Shown here piece after piece: positions 12,505 to 26,470 of a stretch of DNA of 64,000 bases. The notes beneath the pieces were generated by a model that searched no databases, was not told where the DNA came from, and saw only the letters and a program-made list of their open reading frames with translations. This DNA is from the human T2T-CHM13v2.0 reference genome, Homo sapiens. The translations under genes and the position numbers were made by a program. Position 1 is the first letter of the stretch. Each line of letters opens with the position of its first letter. The stretch lies in assembly GCF_009914755.1 (NCBI RefSeq), contig NC_060938.1; one strand, given 5' to 3'.

Positions 12505-15500
12505 TTAGTAACCATAGTGACCATAAAACTGCCAATGCCTCCATTTAAAATGTTTAAACCTCTCTGCCCTCACACATTGTGGTGTGCCCACCTGGGGTGA
12601 GTCATTGAAGGAAGAGGATTTATTTAGCCCATTATCTCAGCATGCCAGTTGAGTGGCATGGCCTCGTGAGCCAGCTATCTTCCTCTGCAGGCTGGGGCCC
12701 TCAGACAGCTCTCTGCACTAATTTTCAGAGCCAATCAGAAGGGATCCGTGTGGCCATTTGAGCCTGTTCCTAAAGCCCAAAGAGGGCTTTACCAGTGGAC
12801 ATTTGGTGATCTCACTGTACTAAATGCTACCTGTGACCCTGCATGGAGGGTGTTTCTTTTATCTTTCAAATAATTAGTTTGTACAGATAAAGCCTAAAGA
12901 AATATCTGGCTTTTGGCCGTTTTTGTTTTCTTGTATCTTTTTTTTTTCTTTTTTCTTTTTCTCTTTTGGCTCGGGCCATCAAAAGCCCACAAAGGTTTGG
13001 TCCTTCTGTGCATCTCCATGAGGGTTTATCAACCTGATCCCATTCACTATGGTTCCCACTCACAGATGGTTTTCACAATTCTTATTTGCATAACAGTACC
13101 AGCTCTTTTAGGGTCCAAGGCATTGGATGAACCTTTAGTTGCTTCTCTTCCTACAGTGTTCCTTTAAGATTTTAAAGGTCAAGATGACTGATTATAATCC
13201 AAACATGTTTCCTTACTTTGCCTTGAGGCTAATTCTGTTTCTTGAAGCTAGGTGAGTATGAAGCAGCTGGTTCACAAATGAACCCTTGAATTCCAAAGCC
13301 TACAGCAGCCCCTAAAAATGCAGATCTCAGACCACACTGCTGGCAGCTGCTGTGCTCAAGTTGAAGACTAAAGGTCAGTAGTTGAGGTTGGGACACACAT
13401 TAATAGTTTGACGAATGAGAAACATGCTAATGATTATCTCTCTGGGTAAATTTAGATACAGTTGATTTTCAAGGAACTATGGCTATACAGAATCCTTAAA
13501 CTTCTGCATATGTTATATTTAAGGTTCTATGGAAAACTTTCTTTTTTACTCAGATTCAATTAAACTGAACAAGTGCTGAAATGTGAAAAATAAGAGGTGT
13601 GGCAATCTATAGCTGTCCAGATGCTGTGTGTGACAGGGGGAAGGGGGGTACCTTGGATAGCAGCAAACCCAAGGGATGCTGGGCCTCTGAACTCCCCCTC
13701 TCCCTACATGCATGGATTTTTATCTGAATAAAATCCATTTGAAAATGATCTCAGAGGGAGACCTGGATGTCAAAGTTGTAAAGAAATCCCACGAAGAAAG
13801 AGTGAAGGATATATGTGGAGGGTAGACACATTGACTGCACCATGTTGAAGGGGTTACAGATTCCTTGAGGGTGTAAAATCGGACAGCCAGCACAACCCAG
13901 CTGTCTCCTCTCTTGGCTATATTCATAAGTCATTGTCCTGCCAAGATAGGGGTAAGAGGGAGGATGACTCCCACTGTCCATCCTCCACTGCCTCTTCCAG
14001 GAAGCATGGAAGCTCTGGGCAGAGAATTCTGCATTGCACATGAATAAAGAGGAGCCAAAGGCAAGATGGAAACAAATTGTCAAGTTACGTGTCATCTTAA
14101 TTCTTAATATTTAATATCAGCATAAATCAGTAGCAGCTCAGCTCCAATGTACTGTTTTAGCCTTCAGGGGCCCAATTTGAATTCAAAGAAGTATATGCTA
14201 TACCATGAAAGATTCAGTTTAACTGATGTACTTCAGTCAGTTTTTGGTAGATCCTGGAAAGTCTTTGAAAACAGCTATAGTTTGGGAAGCTAACTAACTG
14301 CACAGGGACCCAAATATAGCTGGAAAATATGTGGCTCCCAAGCCAGAGGGACACTAATGCATTTCACAGTCTGCTAAGACAGTTGGGATCTGCTGAACCA
14401 TCCACCAACCACCAACATTCTCCATATCTTCAAGGAAATTGGAAAATATAAGAAAAATTTGAATGAATAGTATAAAAAAATAAGAGAGGGACAAAATCTG
14501 AAAGAAAGTTTCTACCATTCTAGTCTGGCATCTACTTTTCATTGGTGTAAAACAGATACCAACAGCAGAGAAGAAAGCTCCCAGCCAGTGGCACATTCCC
14601 CTTGGGAAGAACCTTTTTAAAAAAAAAAAAAAATTAAGGTGGGTTCTCTGGTTCTTAGGAATTTAAGAACTCTAGCTAAACATAATAAGGTCTGAGAGAC
14701 AGGAGAACACCTATTTTCAAGGCTGCAAGAGCTGGATTATCACTTTCTAACATTTTTGCAATCAAAAAATTATCTTTTAAAGAAGTTTACTAATTTTCAT
14801 GGGATGATCACAGATTAGCTGCAAGCAATTTGCTCATGAAAGGGCTTTTTATAACACATCATAGATTACCAATAAATGGGCTGAAATGACTTCATACTAA
14901 ATGTAAAACAGATTACCTTTCCATCTGTAATTCAGTGTTCAAAAGAAACAAAATATTAGCAAGTTATTCATAATACATAATTCATTTTTATGTGAGCATT
15001 AGTAATTCTGGCCTACTTGTGGTCCGGATAAACCCATATTTATGATGTTGTAACTTAAAGTGTCTTTCACTCTGTTCATGGTGTTCTTTTTACATTAAAA
15101 AAAAAAATTAGAAGTAGGGAAGGCCATAGCTTCTCATTTTAAATGTGCTCATTCCTGGGGAGCTAAGCATATGAAAATTATAATCCAACAAACATCTGTT
15201 TCTAAACTACTGATGCTTTAGCATGAACTAGAAATATAAATTTTAATCTGATGACTGAAAGCATCCCTTTAACTGTTTTTTTTTTTTTTTTTTTTTTTTT
15301 TTGAGTAGTCCAGTGGGATGACATCTGGAGGGGCTATGCTTTAGATTATTTATAGATGTGGGCAATAAGAGCTACATTTATGTTGTCAGTGCTGTTTGCC
15401 CTCGTTTAATTTCTCAAATGACCTAATTATATGTGTTCTCAATATGTCTTGGGAGGAAAATAATTGCTGATACTGTCAAAGGCAAAATGCTGAATATGTT

Positions 15501-15779
15501 TCAGTGCTTCTCACATTCCATGGCCTGATTATGGGCATCATTAAATTACACTTTACCATTCTTCCGGAACATCGCATTGAACATGTCCTAATGTTTCACA
15601 ATGAGAAGTGAAGCACTTCCTCTTACTTAAAAAGAAAAATATTTGATTTTTACAGGATGCCTGACACTAATGCTTACTATTCTGCTATCTATGATGTCTT
15701 CACTTATGGATATATTTATTAACAAGTACTTATTAGCTATTTAACATTTCCTCTACTGAGTGTTATTAATTACAGATGC

Positions 15780-16235
15780 TGTATTAGTTTCCTAAGGCTG
15801 CTGTAACAAATTACCACAAACCTGGTGACTTAAAACAACAGAAATTTATTCTCTCACGGTTCTGGAGGCCAGAAGTTCAAAATACAGCTGGGACCAAAGG
15901 CATCTCTAAGGAAGGATACAGTCCTTGCCTCTTCCAGGGTTCTGGTGAGTGTCCCGGCATTCCTGGCTGGTGACCACATCACTCCAATCTCTGTGTCTGT
16001 GATCACATTGCCGCCACCTCCTCTTCTGTGTGTGTCTCTTTTGTGAGTCTTTCATAAGGACACTTGTTATTGGATTTAGGTCCCACTCAGATAATCCAAT
16101 ATGATGTCCCCTTTTCAAGATCCTTAAGTTAATAATATCTGCAAGGACCCTTTATCCAAATAAGGTCACAGTGACAGATTTGGGGGATTAAGATGTGGAC
16201 AGATCTTTTTTGGAGTCACCACTCAACCCACTGCA
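15780..16235 (-). mobile_element. MaLR solo LTR (MLT1B/C-like)
   Basis: tgtattagtttcctaaggctgctgtaacaaattaccacaaa ... caacccactgca; TG..CA ends; 5-bp TSD gatgc/gatgg. Confidence 0.85.
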
Positions 16236-18151
16236 GATGGCAAATTTTAAATGGCAATGGTTGGTAGCCTATAGGCAGATTTTTGATTTTTAAAATCTGC
16301 TATTTAAAGATAAGTTACACAGTTGTTTTCTTTTTCTCTAAAATACCTCAAATAAACACTGTACCTTTTTGGACGTAACCTCTTGCATCAGTGAGGTCCA
16401 TGGTTAAATGTGTTCATTTGCTTTAATACAACGGATTTTATTGCTGGTATATCTAATGGTGAAAATATGGATTTAATGTTGGTATTTGCACGCCACTAAA
16501 AGAACAAAAGAGCCTCCAAATCTCTCTTCTCCCCTCTTCTGACAAGGCTCTCCAGGTTCTTATGGGTGGTCCATGATAGTGAAAGACAGTGAAAAGAAAG
16601 ATCTCAGAAGTATGAACTCATTTACTATATCCTCAAATATCAATCGAACCCCCACTTCGTGCCCTGTAATATTCTAGACATTGGAAGTAGAGACAGCTGA
16701 CTTCCTAGGGGATGACTTATGTTGATATATAGGGCCTTGTGCTTGGAAGGTCCCCACCCTTGGCTCAGTGCTCTGTTGTTGTTATCTCAAAATTATTAAT
16801 ATTCATTTTGCACTGGGCCCCATGGATTATGTAGCAGATCTTGAAAAGAACAGTGGACAATATAGGAAAGCTTCCAGCTCTCAAGGACTTGTCAGGGTAT
16901 CTGATGGTAGACAGCCAGCACCAGTGCCCCAGACATAAATATGTGATGCTGAGCCCTTTGGGGTCAAATCTAAGATAAGCCAGTAAAGAATGTAGTGTCA
17001 CATTTGGATATACTGTAATGGTATCATGGACTGACTCACAGTTTCTGATTTTGTCTTCTATCAAAACTTTCTACTTATTAATATGAAGCTTCATTTCTAA
17101 ATTTCAGAGCAGCATCTCCCAAGATACAATCAGAATTGTCTAACTAACTGTTTTCTTAAGAAAATCTTTCAGGGTTAATGACCATCATAAACCCTCTCTC
17201 TAACATAGACATTAGTTTCAGCATTTGGGAGGGGGAAAGGACCTTGGAATCATTGCCAATAAGAGCAATGTTTTTATAACAAAATATGTTTCAAATTCTA
17301 TCTATCTTGGACATCTCTTTCAGAGAAGATAAGTTGTGTAATATTGATACTCTGAGAAAAGGCAATTCATTTATACCTCCTTCTAAAGAAGTGTTGTCTC
17401 AATATGTTCATCATAGTGGCATGCCGGATTATATGAATGAGATCTGGCTCCTTAAATCTTCAGGGCTTCCCAGCAATCTATTTTTAACATAGAACAAGCA
17501 TATAAATATATATGTTTTTAATCCATATTACTCCTGAAAGGAATAAACTCAGAACTGAAGTTGTTGGTGGAAGTTTAATGCAGTTCAATTAAGGATTTGT
17601 ATCCAAAAGAAGTTGTTGCTTGTACTTCCATTTCTGCATTAGTCACACTAGATATATAGTCACTTTTAACAGCATTGTGCCATTACCAGTGACTTTAATT
17701 ACTGTTTGGTAATCTTATCTACTTACACCAATATTAATTAAGTCCATCTGGTGGGGGGAATGGGGGGTCATCTCAACATATGTTGATTGAAAAATGCAAA
17801 CCATAATCTTTATAGTGGCTAATTTTCTCAGACCCTTCGTTCCTGAGGACAGAAGGAGGTGAACACACCATTAGTTCTAAAAATTAATTCTAATATAGGA
17901 ACTTGTTTTCTCTGCCTGTTTTAGTGCCTCCTGTTGGAATGAGCTCACTAACCAGTGGAAACAAACTGTTTATCCTTCTATGATGTTGCAACTGCCTGGG
18001 CTTTCTAATGCGTCTTCAGATTTCGGTTTGTACTCAGAACAAGTGAGAAAAGTTTTACAGCAACTCCACGAAACAAAGCAGACAGGCTCTCCTGAAGCCA
18101 AGGAGTTATGAAAAAGGCAGGCATCGCGCATTGAATCAAGTATGCCATTAC

Positions 18152-18371
18152 CCTCACTCCCATGAACCTGTCTTTCAGCACAATCCATGACAGCAAGAAG
18201 ACAAAGGCTTTGTTACAACAGAACAGAGCGGAGACATCCGTGGCCGTCAGCTTCTTTAAAGCCAGTAAATAAAGGTAATTAGTCAAAGTCCATAGAATAG
18301 AAAAGGGAGCAGTTCTTTTAAGAAAGAGTTTCAGCGTCAGACCATCTTCACCAAAAATCCGACTGCATTCC
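18152..18371 (-). CDS. SLC35F4: SLC35F4 coding exon (ECSRIFGEDG...DRFMGVR), 220 nt
   Basis: Acceptor tttctttcctAG and donor AGG|GTAATG (18151); EamA/DMT-like LTNYLYLLALKKLTATDVSALFCCNKAFVFLLSWIVLKDRF. Confidence 0.96.
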
Positions 18372-19141
18372 CTAGGAAAGAAAAGAGAAGTTAATATCCA
18401 GGTACTGATGGTGACACCTCTTGTCTTATCTGACTCATCGCAGCCATTTTCAGGTAAGAGCACAAACACTCAATACCCATCCTTCATTGTGAAGTATACT
18501 GAACCCAGTTCTGAAATCTGCGGGCTTCAGGGAGTGTATGAGGTTCCTTGGAAAATAGCCCACATGTGCCCAAGCACAGAGTTAGGCTCTCTTCTCTGAG
18601 ATAGTCTCTGGAGGTTGCCTGAAAAGCCATTCTGTCGTTTTTGAGCATTCTCAGAAGAGCCTGGAGAAATACAGAAATTGGTAGTTGCTGAAATCACTAG
18701 CTATTGGAAGAGGGTGGGCAAACGAGAGAGGGTCAAGGCTGCTACTACTCTGTGAACGGGCTACAGACAACTCCTAGAACCCGGAGGGAAAGGGACCCTC
18801 ATACATCTGTGCAGCACACATGTTTTTGGATTTTATTTCTAAGACACTAAGCCACTTTCTAATATATCTGCCCAATTGACTAATTTTTTTTCCTGCCAGC
18901 ACTTTTAAGGCAGAAAAATGAAGTCCCTGTGATAACTCCCACATGATAAAATCTATAATAGAAAACTCAGGTTGTACTTATATACAAACATTTGGCCCTT
19001 TTGGAGGAATTGTCTAAATTCGGTGTGAGAAAATGGTCACTTCAATTGTTAAATCTTCGGTTTGTTTGATTTTTCAAGGAAGTTGGCTACATTTAGCCCC
19101 AGGGGCCATTTTTTTCCTTTAAGTCCTAGGCCTAAACATGA

Positions 19142-19436
19142 TTTTTTTCCCCCTAGGTCTGGCTCTCTTACCCAGGCTGGAATGCGGTAGCATGATCTTG
19201 GCTCACTGCAACCTCCGCCTCCCAGACTCGAGCCATCCTCACACCTCAGCCTCCTGAGTAGCTGGGACTACAGGCACGCACCACCATGCCAGGCTAGTTT
19301 TTGAAATTTTTTTGTAGAGACAGACAGGATTTCACTCTGTTGCCTAGGCTGGTCTCAAACTCTTAAGCTCAGGTGATCTGCTCACCTTGGCCTCCCAAAG
19401 TGCTGAGATTACAGGCAAGAGCCACTGCACCTGGCT
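19142..19436 (-). mobile_element. AluJ-like
   Basis: Diverged antisense Alu dimer. Confidence 0.88.
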
Positions 19437-22155
19437 CTGAGGGGCCATTTTAATAAAAATGTTCAAGCTAGCAATACATACAGGCAATAATGGAAGTGAT
19501 ACAATGACTGTACCTATACGACTATGGACTGAAGACAGACTTACCACTGGGAGAATTTTAATTTTTTTCCCACTCGATTGTTCATGAACATTCAAGTATT
19601 TATGGGGTAACTGTCATGCTCCAGGCATTGTATTTTCATGAGTAGTATATGTTTATAATGAAATCTATTTACAGGACTCTAGTACTAGTTTCTTTTCCAG
19701 TTTTAACTGAAATTCGTGTGCCTCAAAGTATTGCAAATCAAAGTAAATTCTAGCCAATGTTTGCCTCACATGAATAACCCCAAAAAAGGACCACGTGGAG
19801 AGGAGGAGTGACAAAGAATTAAGCACAGGGAGTATAGCCTTAAAGATTAAGTTTCATAGTAAATGTGACTTTCAACTGGATGAGAATGTTGGGAGTTGCA
19901 GGTCACCAGTTCCAGGAAGGTTAAAGACATGTGTTGCACACACAGAAACTTGTATTGAAATTTGTTTACTTTCATGTAAGGAGGCTTCCAAAAAGGAAGG
20001 ATTTTTGTAAAATGAAAGTAAGATTTCCCAAAGATAAATTTTAACTTTAAAGCCTTCTGTAATGTAAACAGAAATTACACACGCTCACATACACAGGAAA
20101 GTGAACAGTCTCTCTGGAGCCCCACAGCCAATGGGATATTCTGAATTAGCACCATACATAGAACCAGAGGAAGTTTTCATAGAGCATCCTGGGCACAAAG
20201 TTCATTTTCTGTACTTATAAGGCGATCTGCTCCGTGAGAAAGCTGCCGTGTAGAGCTGGAGTTGAGAGTCGTGGGTTTATCCCATCATTTACAACTACTG
20301 ATTGATTGCCTTTTAAAATATGAACACATTTATTAAGAACCACAACAAAACCCATTCCTGATTAAAGGATATCTTTTTCTTATCACTGGCCCTAGCCAGT
20401 GATTGTTCTTCAACCAAGAGCTGGGAGGAGTGCTCCTAAGCAAAGATTTTGGATGCAGGAAAGGAACACTCCAATCCCACAGGGAAGACCAACAGATATG
20501 TATTCCAGACAGACAGAGCCTCACTGGCAGAACAGCTGGGAAGACGCTGCTGACTGACAGGTGGAGACTGTTCTCACCTGGCTCAACCTGTCTTCCAGGT
20601 GTTCATTCCCTCGTTCTTCCCCTTTCTTTCCCCTTCTCTCACTGCCGACCTTCTCCTCTTTGTTACTGTTGTTGTAGAAATTAAAAATGCTCTCCATCTA
20701 AATGCCAGGTCACTTGTGTAAAATCCCATACTATTTAAGCATTAAACTCTAAGAAACATGAAAACTGAAAAAAAAATATGGATTTTTACGGAGAAGCGAA
20801 TAACAGTGGGTTTCTCTTTGGGATGATGAGATCAGACTTTCTGGGCAAGTGGCATTGACAGGTGGTATAGCTTGAAATGAAGCATAGAAGTTGGAGGACA
20901 CTAATAATTTAGTTATGCTTATTATTAAAACAGCAGCCACTAGTTGTTGAACCCTGTCTATATGTTAAATAGCATCTTAAGCATATTTTATAGGTGCCTG
21001 ACATAGGCAAATATGTCTTTGGCTCCAGTTTGATGCTATCTAAGATTTTTCCCCTAAGAAAACGTCCTTGTTAATAATATGGTATATATTTTTTTCTTCC
21101 TAAATTTCAAATTCACTTGAGGCAATTGAATTCTCCTGTAGTATATAAATGATTATAAAAAACTACTTCTAAATACAGTCCTTACCATCTAGATTTGATA
21201 CTTCATTGAAAATTATTTTAATATTACTGATAAAAAAATACTGGAAATGCTTTCATACCATTCTAGAGAAAATAGATTCTGGTGCTATGGGACAAATTCT
21301 ATTTCCAGTCTTACACACTAACTCTATTCTTCCCTTGTTCAGTCATGAGAGCTTCGGGAGTAACTTCTGGAGTAACTTCTTGGCAGATGGTATTAATGAG
21401 TCTACAGGGAAAAAAAGATCGAGAATCTAAGAATTGTCTGACAATTTTACCTCTCATATGGAGGAGGCCATTGGAGAACATTCCCTTCAGAGATAGTATT
21501 TTCTGCTTGACAATAAAAGCTCTGATTCTATTTCAGAAATGGTCAGCTTCACTCTACATGCACTATAGGTAGAGTGCTAAATCAGATTTTACTAAGTTCA
21601 GAGTTAGTCTGACATGAGAGATGTGGAAAAAATGAAGTGCATTCCCAAAACAACACTTCTGCTAGCAGCAGTCTCTTGTTTTAAATCAGTTATCTTAAAC
21701 TGACTTAACTTGCTTTGAGGTATTCTTGAGATACTTCTTTTTATATAAAACTTTTGTTGTTTTAAATCAATGTGTGTCTAAACCATGGAAGCATTCAAGT
21801 AGAACACACACACTGTACAGGTGCACATAGGTATCTTCAAACAGGAACAACTGTAGTCTGATAATCACATTCCCCTATAAATACTGTTTAAAAATTTTAC
21901 AATGCAAGATCATGTCTATTTGGATGGGAATCAAATATAAAATATCTTTAGTAATCTCAAATAGTCATAGGGCTCTCCCCCAAACCAGTAAGCATTTACT
22001 CTCTTTGAATTGCTTTTTAATTCTTTAATTATAGCTGAGTTTTCATAGACACATATAGAAAATCAACTCATGGTGAGAATTAATATTCCCAAGCACTTGC
22101 AAAGTGGTGATAGGAAATTATAGCTCATGCCTATAATCCCAGCACTTTGGGAGGC

Positions 22156-23639
22156 CAAAAACCGCATGATTATCTCCATAGATGCAGAAAAGGCCTTCGA
22201 CAAAATTCAACACCCCTTCATACTAAAAGTTCTTAAACTAGGTATGGATGGAACGTATCTATCTCAAAATAATAAGACCTATTTATGACAGACTCACAGC
22301 CAATATCATACTGAATGGGCAAAAGCTAGAAGCATTCCCTTTGAAAACCGGTCCAAGAAAAGGATGCCATCTCTTACCACTCCTATTCAACATAGTATTG
22401 GAAGTTCTGGCCAGGGCGATCAGGCAAGAGAAAAAAATAAAGGGTATCCAAGTAGGAAAAGAGGAAGTCAAATTGTCTCTGTTTGCAGATGACATGATTA
22501 TCTATTAAGAAAACCCTACCGCCTCAGCCTAAAATCTCCTTAAGCTGATAAGGAACTTCAGCAAAATCTCAGGACACAAAATCAATGTGCAAATATCACA
22601 AGCATTCCTATACACCAGTAATAGCCAAATCATGAGTGAACAGCTATTTACAATTGCTACAAAGAGAATAAAATACCTAAGAATACAACTTACTTACAAG
22701 GGATTTGAAGGACCTCATCAACAAACCACTGCTCAAGGAAATAAGAGAGGACACAAACGGGTGGGAAAATATTCTATGCTCATTGATAGGAAGAATCAAT
22801 ATCGTCAAAATGGCCATACTGCCCAAAGTAATTTATAGATTCAATGCTCTTCCCATCAAGCTATCATTGACTTTCTTCTACAGAATTGGAAAAAAACTAC
22901 TTTAAACTTCATCTGAAACCTAAAAAGAGCCTGCATAGCCAAGACAATCCTAAGTAAAAAGAACAAAGCTGGAGGCATCACAAGACCTGACATCAAACTA
23001 TACTACAAGGCTACAGTAACCAAAACAGCATGGTACTGGTACCAAAACAGAGATATAGACCAATGGAACAGAACAGAGGCCTCAGAAATAACACCACACA
23101 TCTACAACCATCTAGTCTTTGACAAGCCTGACAAAAACAAGCAATGGAGGAAAGATGCCCTATTTAATAAATGGTGTTGGGAAAATTGGCTAGCCATATG
23201 CAGAAAACTGAAACTGGACCCCTTCCTTACACCTTATACAAAAATTAACTCAAGGTGGATTAAAGACTTAAACGTAAGACCTAAAACCATAAAAACTCGA
23301 GAAGAAAACCTAGGCAATACCATTCAGGATATATGCATGGGTAAAGACTTCATGACTAGGCCAGGCGTGGTGGCTTACACCTGTAATCCCAGCACTTTGG
23401 GAGGCCAAGGTGGGCAGATCACGAGGTCAAGAGATCCAGACCATCCTGGCTAACACAGTGAAACCCCATCTCTACTAAAAAATACAAAAAATTAGCCGGG
23501 CGTGGTGGCGGGTGCCTGTAGTCCCAGCTACTCAGGAGGCTAAGGCAGGAGAATGTCGTGAACCCAGGAGGTGGAGCTGGCAGTCAGCCGAGATCACACC
23601 ACTGCACTCCAGCCTGGGTGACAGAGCGAGACTCTGTCT

Positions 23640-23684
<45 letters not shown>

Positions 23685-24736
23685 CTTCATGACTAAAACA
23701 CCAAAAGCAATGGCAACAAAAGCCATAATTGACAGATGGGATCTAATAAAACCAAGGAGCTTCTGCACAGCAAAAGAAACTATCATCAGAGTGAACAGGC
23801 AACCTACAGAATGGGAAAAAAATTTTGCAATCTACCCTTCTGACAAAGGGCTCATAGCCAGAATCTACAAAGAACTTAAACAAATTTACAAGAAAAAAAA
23901 ACCAACAAAAAGTGGGCAAAGGAGATGAACAGACACTTCTCAAAAGAAGACGTTTATGCAGCCAACAAGCTATGAAAAAAAGCTCATCATCACTGGTCAT
24001 TAGAGAAATGCAAATCAAAACCACGGTAACATACCATCTCAGGCCAGTTAGAATGGTGATCATTAATAAGTCAGGAAACAACAGATGCAGGAGAGGATGT
24101 GGAGAAATAGGAATGCTTCTACACTGTTGGTGGGCGTGTAAATTAGTTCAACCATTGTGGAAGACAGACAGTGTGGCAATTCCTCAAGGATCTAGAACTA
24201 GAATTACCATTTGACTCAGAAATCCCATAACTGGGTATATATCCAAAGGATTATAAATCATTCTAAAAAGACACACGCACACGTATGTTTATTGTGGCAC
24301 TGTTAACAATAGCAAAGACTTGGAACGAACCCAAATGCCCATCAATGATAGACTGGATGAAGAAAATGTGGCACATATACACTATGGAATACTATGCAGC
24401 CATAAAAAAAGATGAGTTCGTGTCCTTTGCAGGGCCATGGATGAAGCTGGAAACCATTCTCAGCAAACTAACACAAGAACAGAAAAGCAAACACTGCATG
24501 TTCTCACTCATTAGTGGGAGTTGAACAATGAGAACACATGGACACAGGGAGGGGAACATCCCACACCAAGGCCTGTTGGCAGAGGTGGCGGACTAGGGGA
24601 GGGATAGCACTGGGAGAAATACCTAATGTAGATGATGGGTTAATGGGTGTAGCAAACCACCATGGCACATGTATACCCATGTAACAAAGCTGCACGTTCT
24701 GCCCATGTATCCCAGAACTTAAAGTACAATAAAAAC
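22156..24736 (+). mobile_element. 5'-truncated L1 (L1PA7-like), ORF2 3' half and 3' UTR, interrupted by an AluY
   Basis: Fragmented ORF2 peptides ([24 protein letters not shown]); L1PA-type 3' UTR ending cagaacttaaagtacaataaaaa. Confidence 0.93.
23359..23679 (+). mobile_element. AluY inserted in L1
   Basis: Perfect 16-bp TSD aaagacttcatgacta (23343-23358 and 23680-23695); pure A tail of about 40 nt. Confidence 0.93.
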
Positions 24737-24860
24737 AGAAAAATCTGCCAAGTTACTGCAAAAGGTGATCAAAAATTAAACATTCTTCAAGGCCAAATGA
24801 ATAAAGAATAATTAGTACATGCACCTTCCAAAAAAAAAAAAAAAAGAAAATGGTAGTTGA

Positions 24861-25126
24861 GGCCAGGCACGCTGGCTCACGCCTGTAATCCCAGTACTTT
24901 GGGCGGCCAAGGTGGTCAGATCACTTGAGGCCAGGAGTTGAAGAGCAGTCTAGCCAACATGGTGAAACCCATCTCTACTAAAAATACAAAAACTTAGCCA
25001 GGCATGGTGGCGGGCGCTTGTAACCCAAGCTACTCAAGAGGCTGAGGAAAGAGGCGAAGGTTGTAGTGAGCTGAGATCGTGCCACTGCACTCCAGCCTGG
25101 GTGACAGAGCAAGACTCTGTCTCAAA
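24861..25126 (+). mobile_element. AluS with a small internal deletion in the right arm
   Basis: Alu dimer; degenerate TSD gaaaatggtagttga / ggaaatggaatttga. Confidence 0.88.
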
Positions 25127-25799
25127 TGGAAATGGAATTTGAAGATAGACCCTTCAAAGTTAAGTTTATAAGAAGAGTCGTATAATGTACCAGTTGTAAT
25201 AATTTCTTTTCATTTGGTACAGGGGCAACCCCTGCAAGACAAATTTATTCTGCTGAGGAATAGTAAGTCCATGTGGAGAACTCTTCTTCCATCTGCCATC
25301 CACTGGTGTCCCTATTTTTTTTTCTCCTGGGTGATCATAGCAATTTTCCTAGAAGTCACTTCTCAGCATCAGGCTTTTCCTCTTCATGGAACTGTCCACT
25401 AGCAAAGGTACTTGGACCCAAATGCTGCTTTTGCCTCCCTTGAGTGCCATGCAGGGCTGTGTGACATCAGCCCTGTCAGCTTCCTGAGCTATCCAAGAGG
25501 GGCTTACAGAAGCCAGATTTAGTACAGAACAACCACTGGAACCATAAGACTTTAAGCCCAACCACCACTGTTCATGGTTAGCAAGGAAACAGACAAAGCC
25601 CCCATGTGCATCTAGCCAGCAAAGAGTGGCATCTTTTAAAGTTTCTTAGTGCCAAACTCCCCGTTGCATGAAATCAGGCCATGTCATCTGCTAGGCATCT
25701 CAGTGTCAGGAATATTGAGCAAATGTTTGTGTAACAATCTTATTAATACCATTTTTTTCTGGGCTTGATGCACTGGGATGTTCTTATAAAACACGACTT

Positions 25800-25995
25800 T
25801 CAGAAATAAATAGATCTAGATTTAAATCTTGGTTCTATTATTTATAAGTGTATAACATTGAATGAGTCATTCAACCTTTCTGAATTTGTGTCCTCTTGTC
25901 TTAAAATGGGGATAACACCACCTTAAAATGTAAATGTTACCACCGGTCATAATAAGTTATGCAAAAGCACCAGTACAGTGCCTGGCATGTTATAG
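25800..25995 (+). mobile_element. MIR SINE
   Basis: agtcattcaacctttctgaatttgtgtcctcttgtcttaaaatggggataa ... acagtgcctggca. Confidence 0.6.
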
Positions 25996-26172
25996 ACACA
26001 TTTATATTTTTAAGGGAGGACTGATTCTGCTTCTAGTGCTTGTCACCAACCTTAGATCTTGTTTCTTCACATACCCCAAAAAACTCAACTCATATTCCCA
26101 AGAGATAAAAATAGGCATATTTTCATAAAACATTTCAATGATCTCTTATTGGGCAGTTAACATGAAACCTAC

Positions 26173-26470
26173 CTGAATTTTTTCATTGGAGATTGCTTTT
26201 CTTGAGCAGTGGCTAGATGACCAGAATAATAGACTGGGAAAAACATAATGTTCCAGTTTGTTGAAAACCAAGTCATGAAAAATGGGCAATAGAAGTTCTT
26301 ATAAGTAATTTTTACAATCTGTGTAGTTCCAACCCAAGATGATGATACTGACAAGATGATCAAGAGTCCCCAGATGCCCTTCAGAACCATGGACGTGCAG
26401 GACAGGCAGCGAGCCTTGATTCTGTTTTCTTGGCTGCTGTTCTCAGAATGAGTCTGTGTCCCATCGTCTG
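26173..26470 (-). CDS. SLC35F4: SLC35F4 coding exon (ADDGTQTH...SPMKKFR), 298 nt, first transmembrane segments
   Basis: Acceptor tttcctgtttccAG and donor AG|GTAGGT (26172); hydrophobic GIWGLLIILSVSSSWVG and PFFMTWFSTNWNIMFFP motifs typical of SLC35F3/F4. Confidence 0.96.

Noticed and set aside
15275-15302. T28 tract as the tail of a retrocopy
   Set aside because: No TSD, no poly(A) signal at a suitable distance and no recognisable body. It is a simple homopolymer, though a possible oligo-dT mispriming site in the pre-mRNA.
21357-21380. 12-bp tandem repeat ggagtaacttct x2
   Set aside because: An ordinary micro-duplication.
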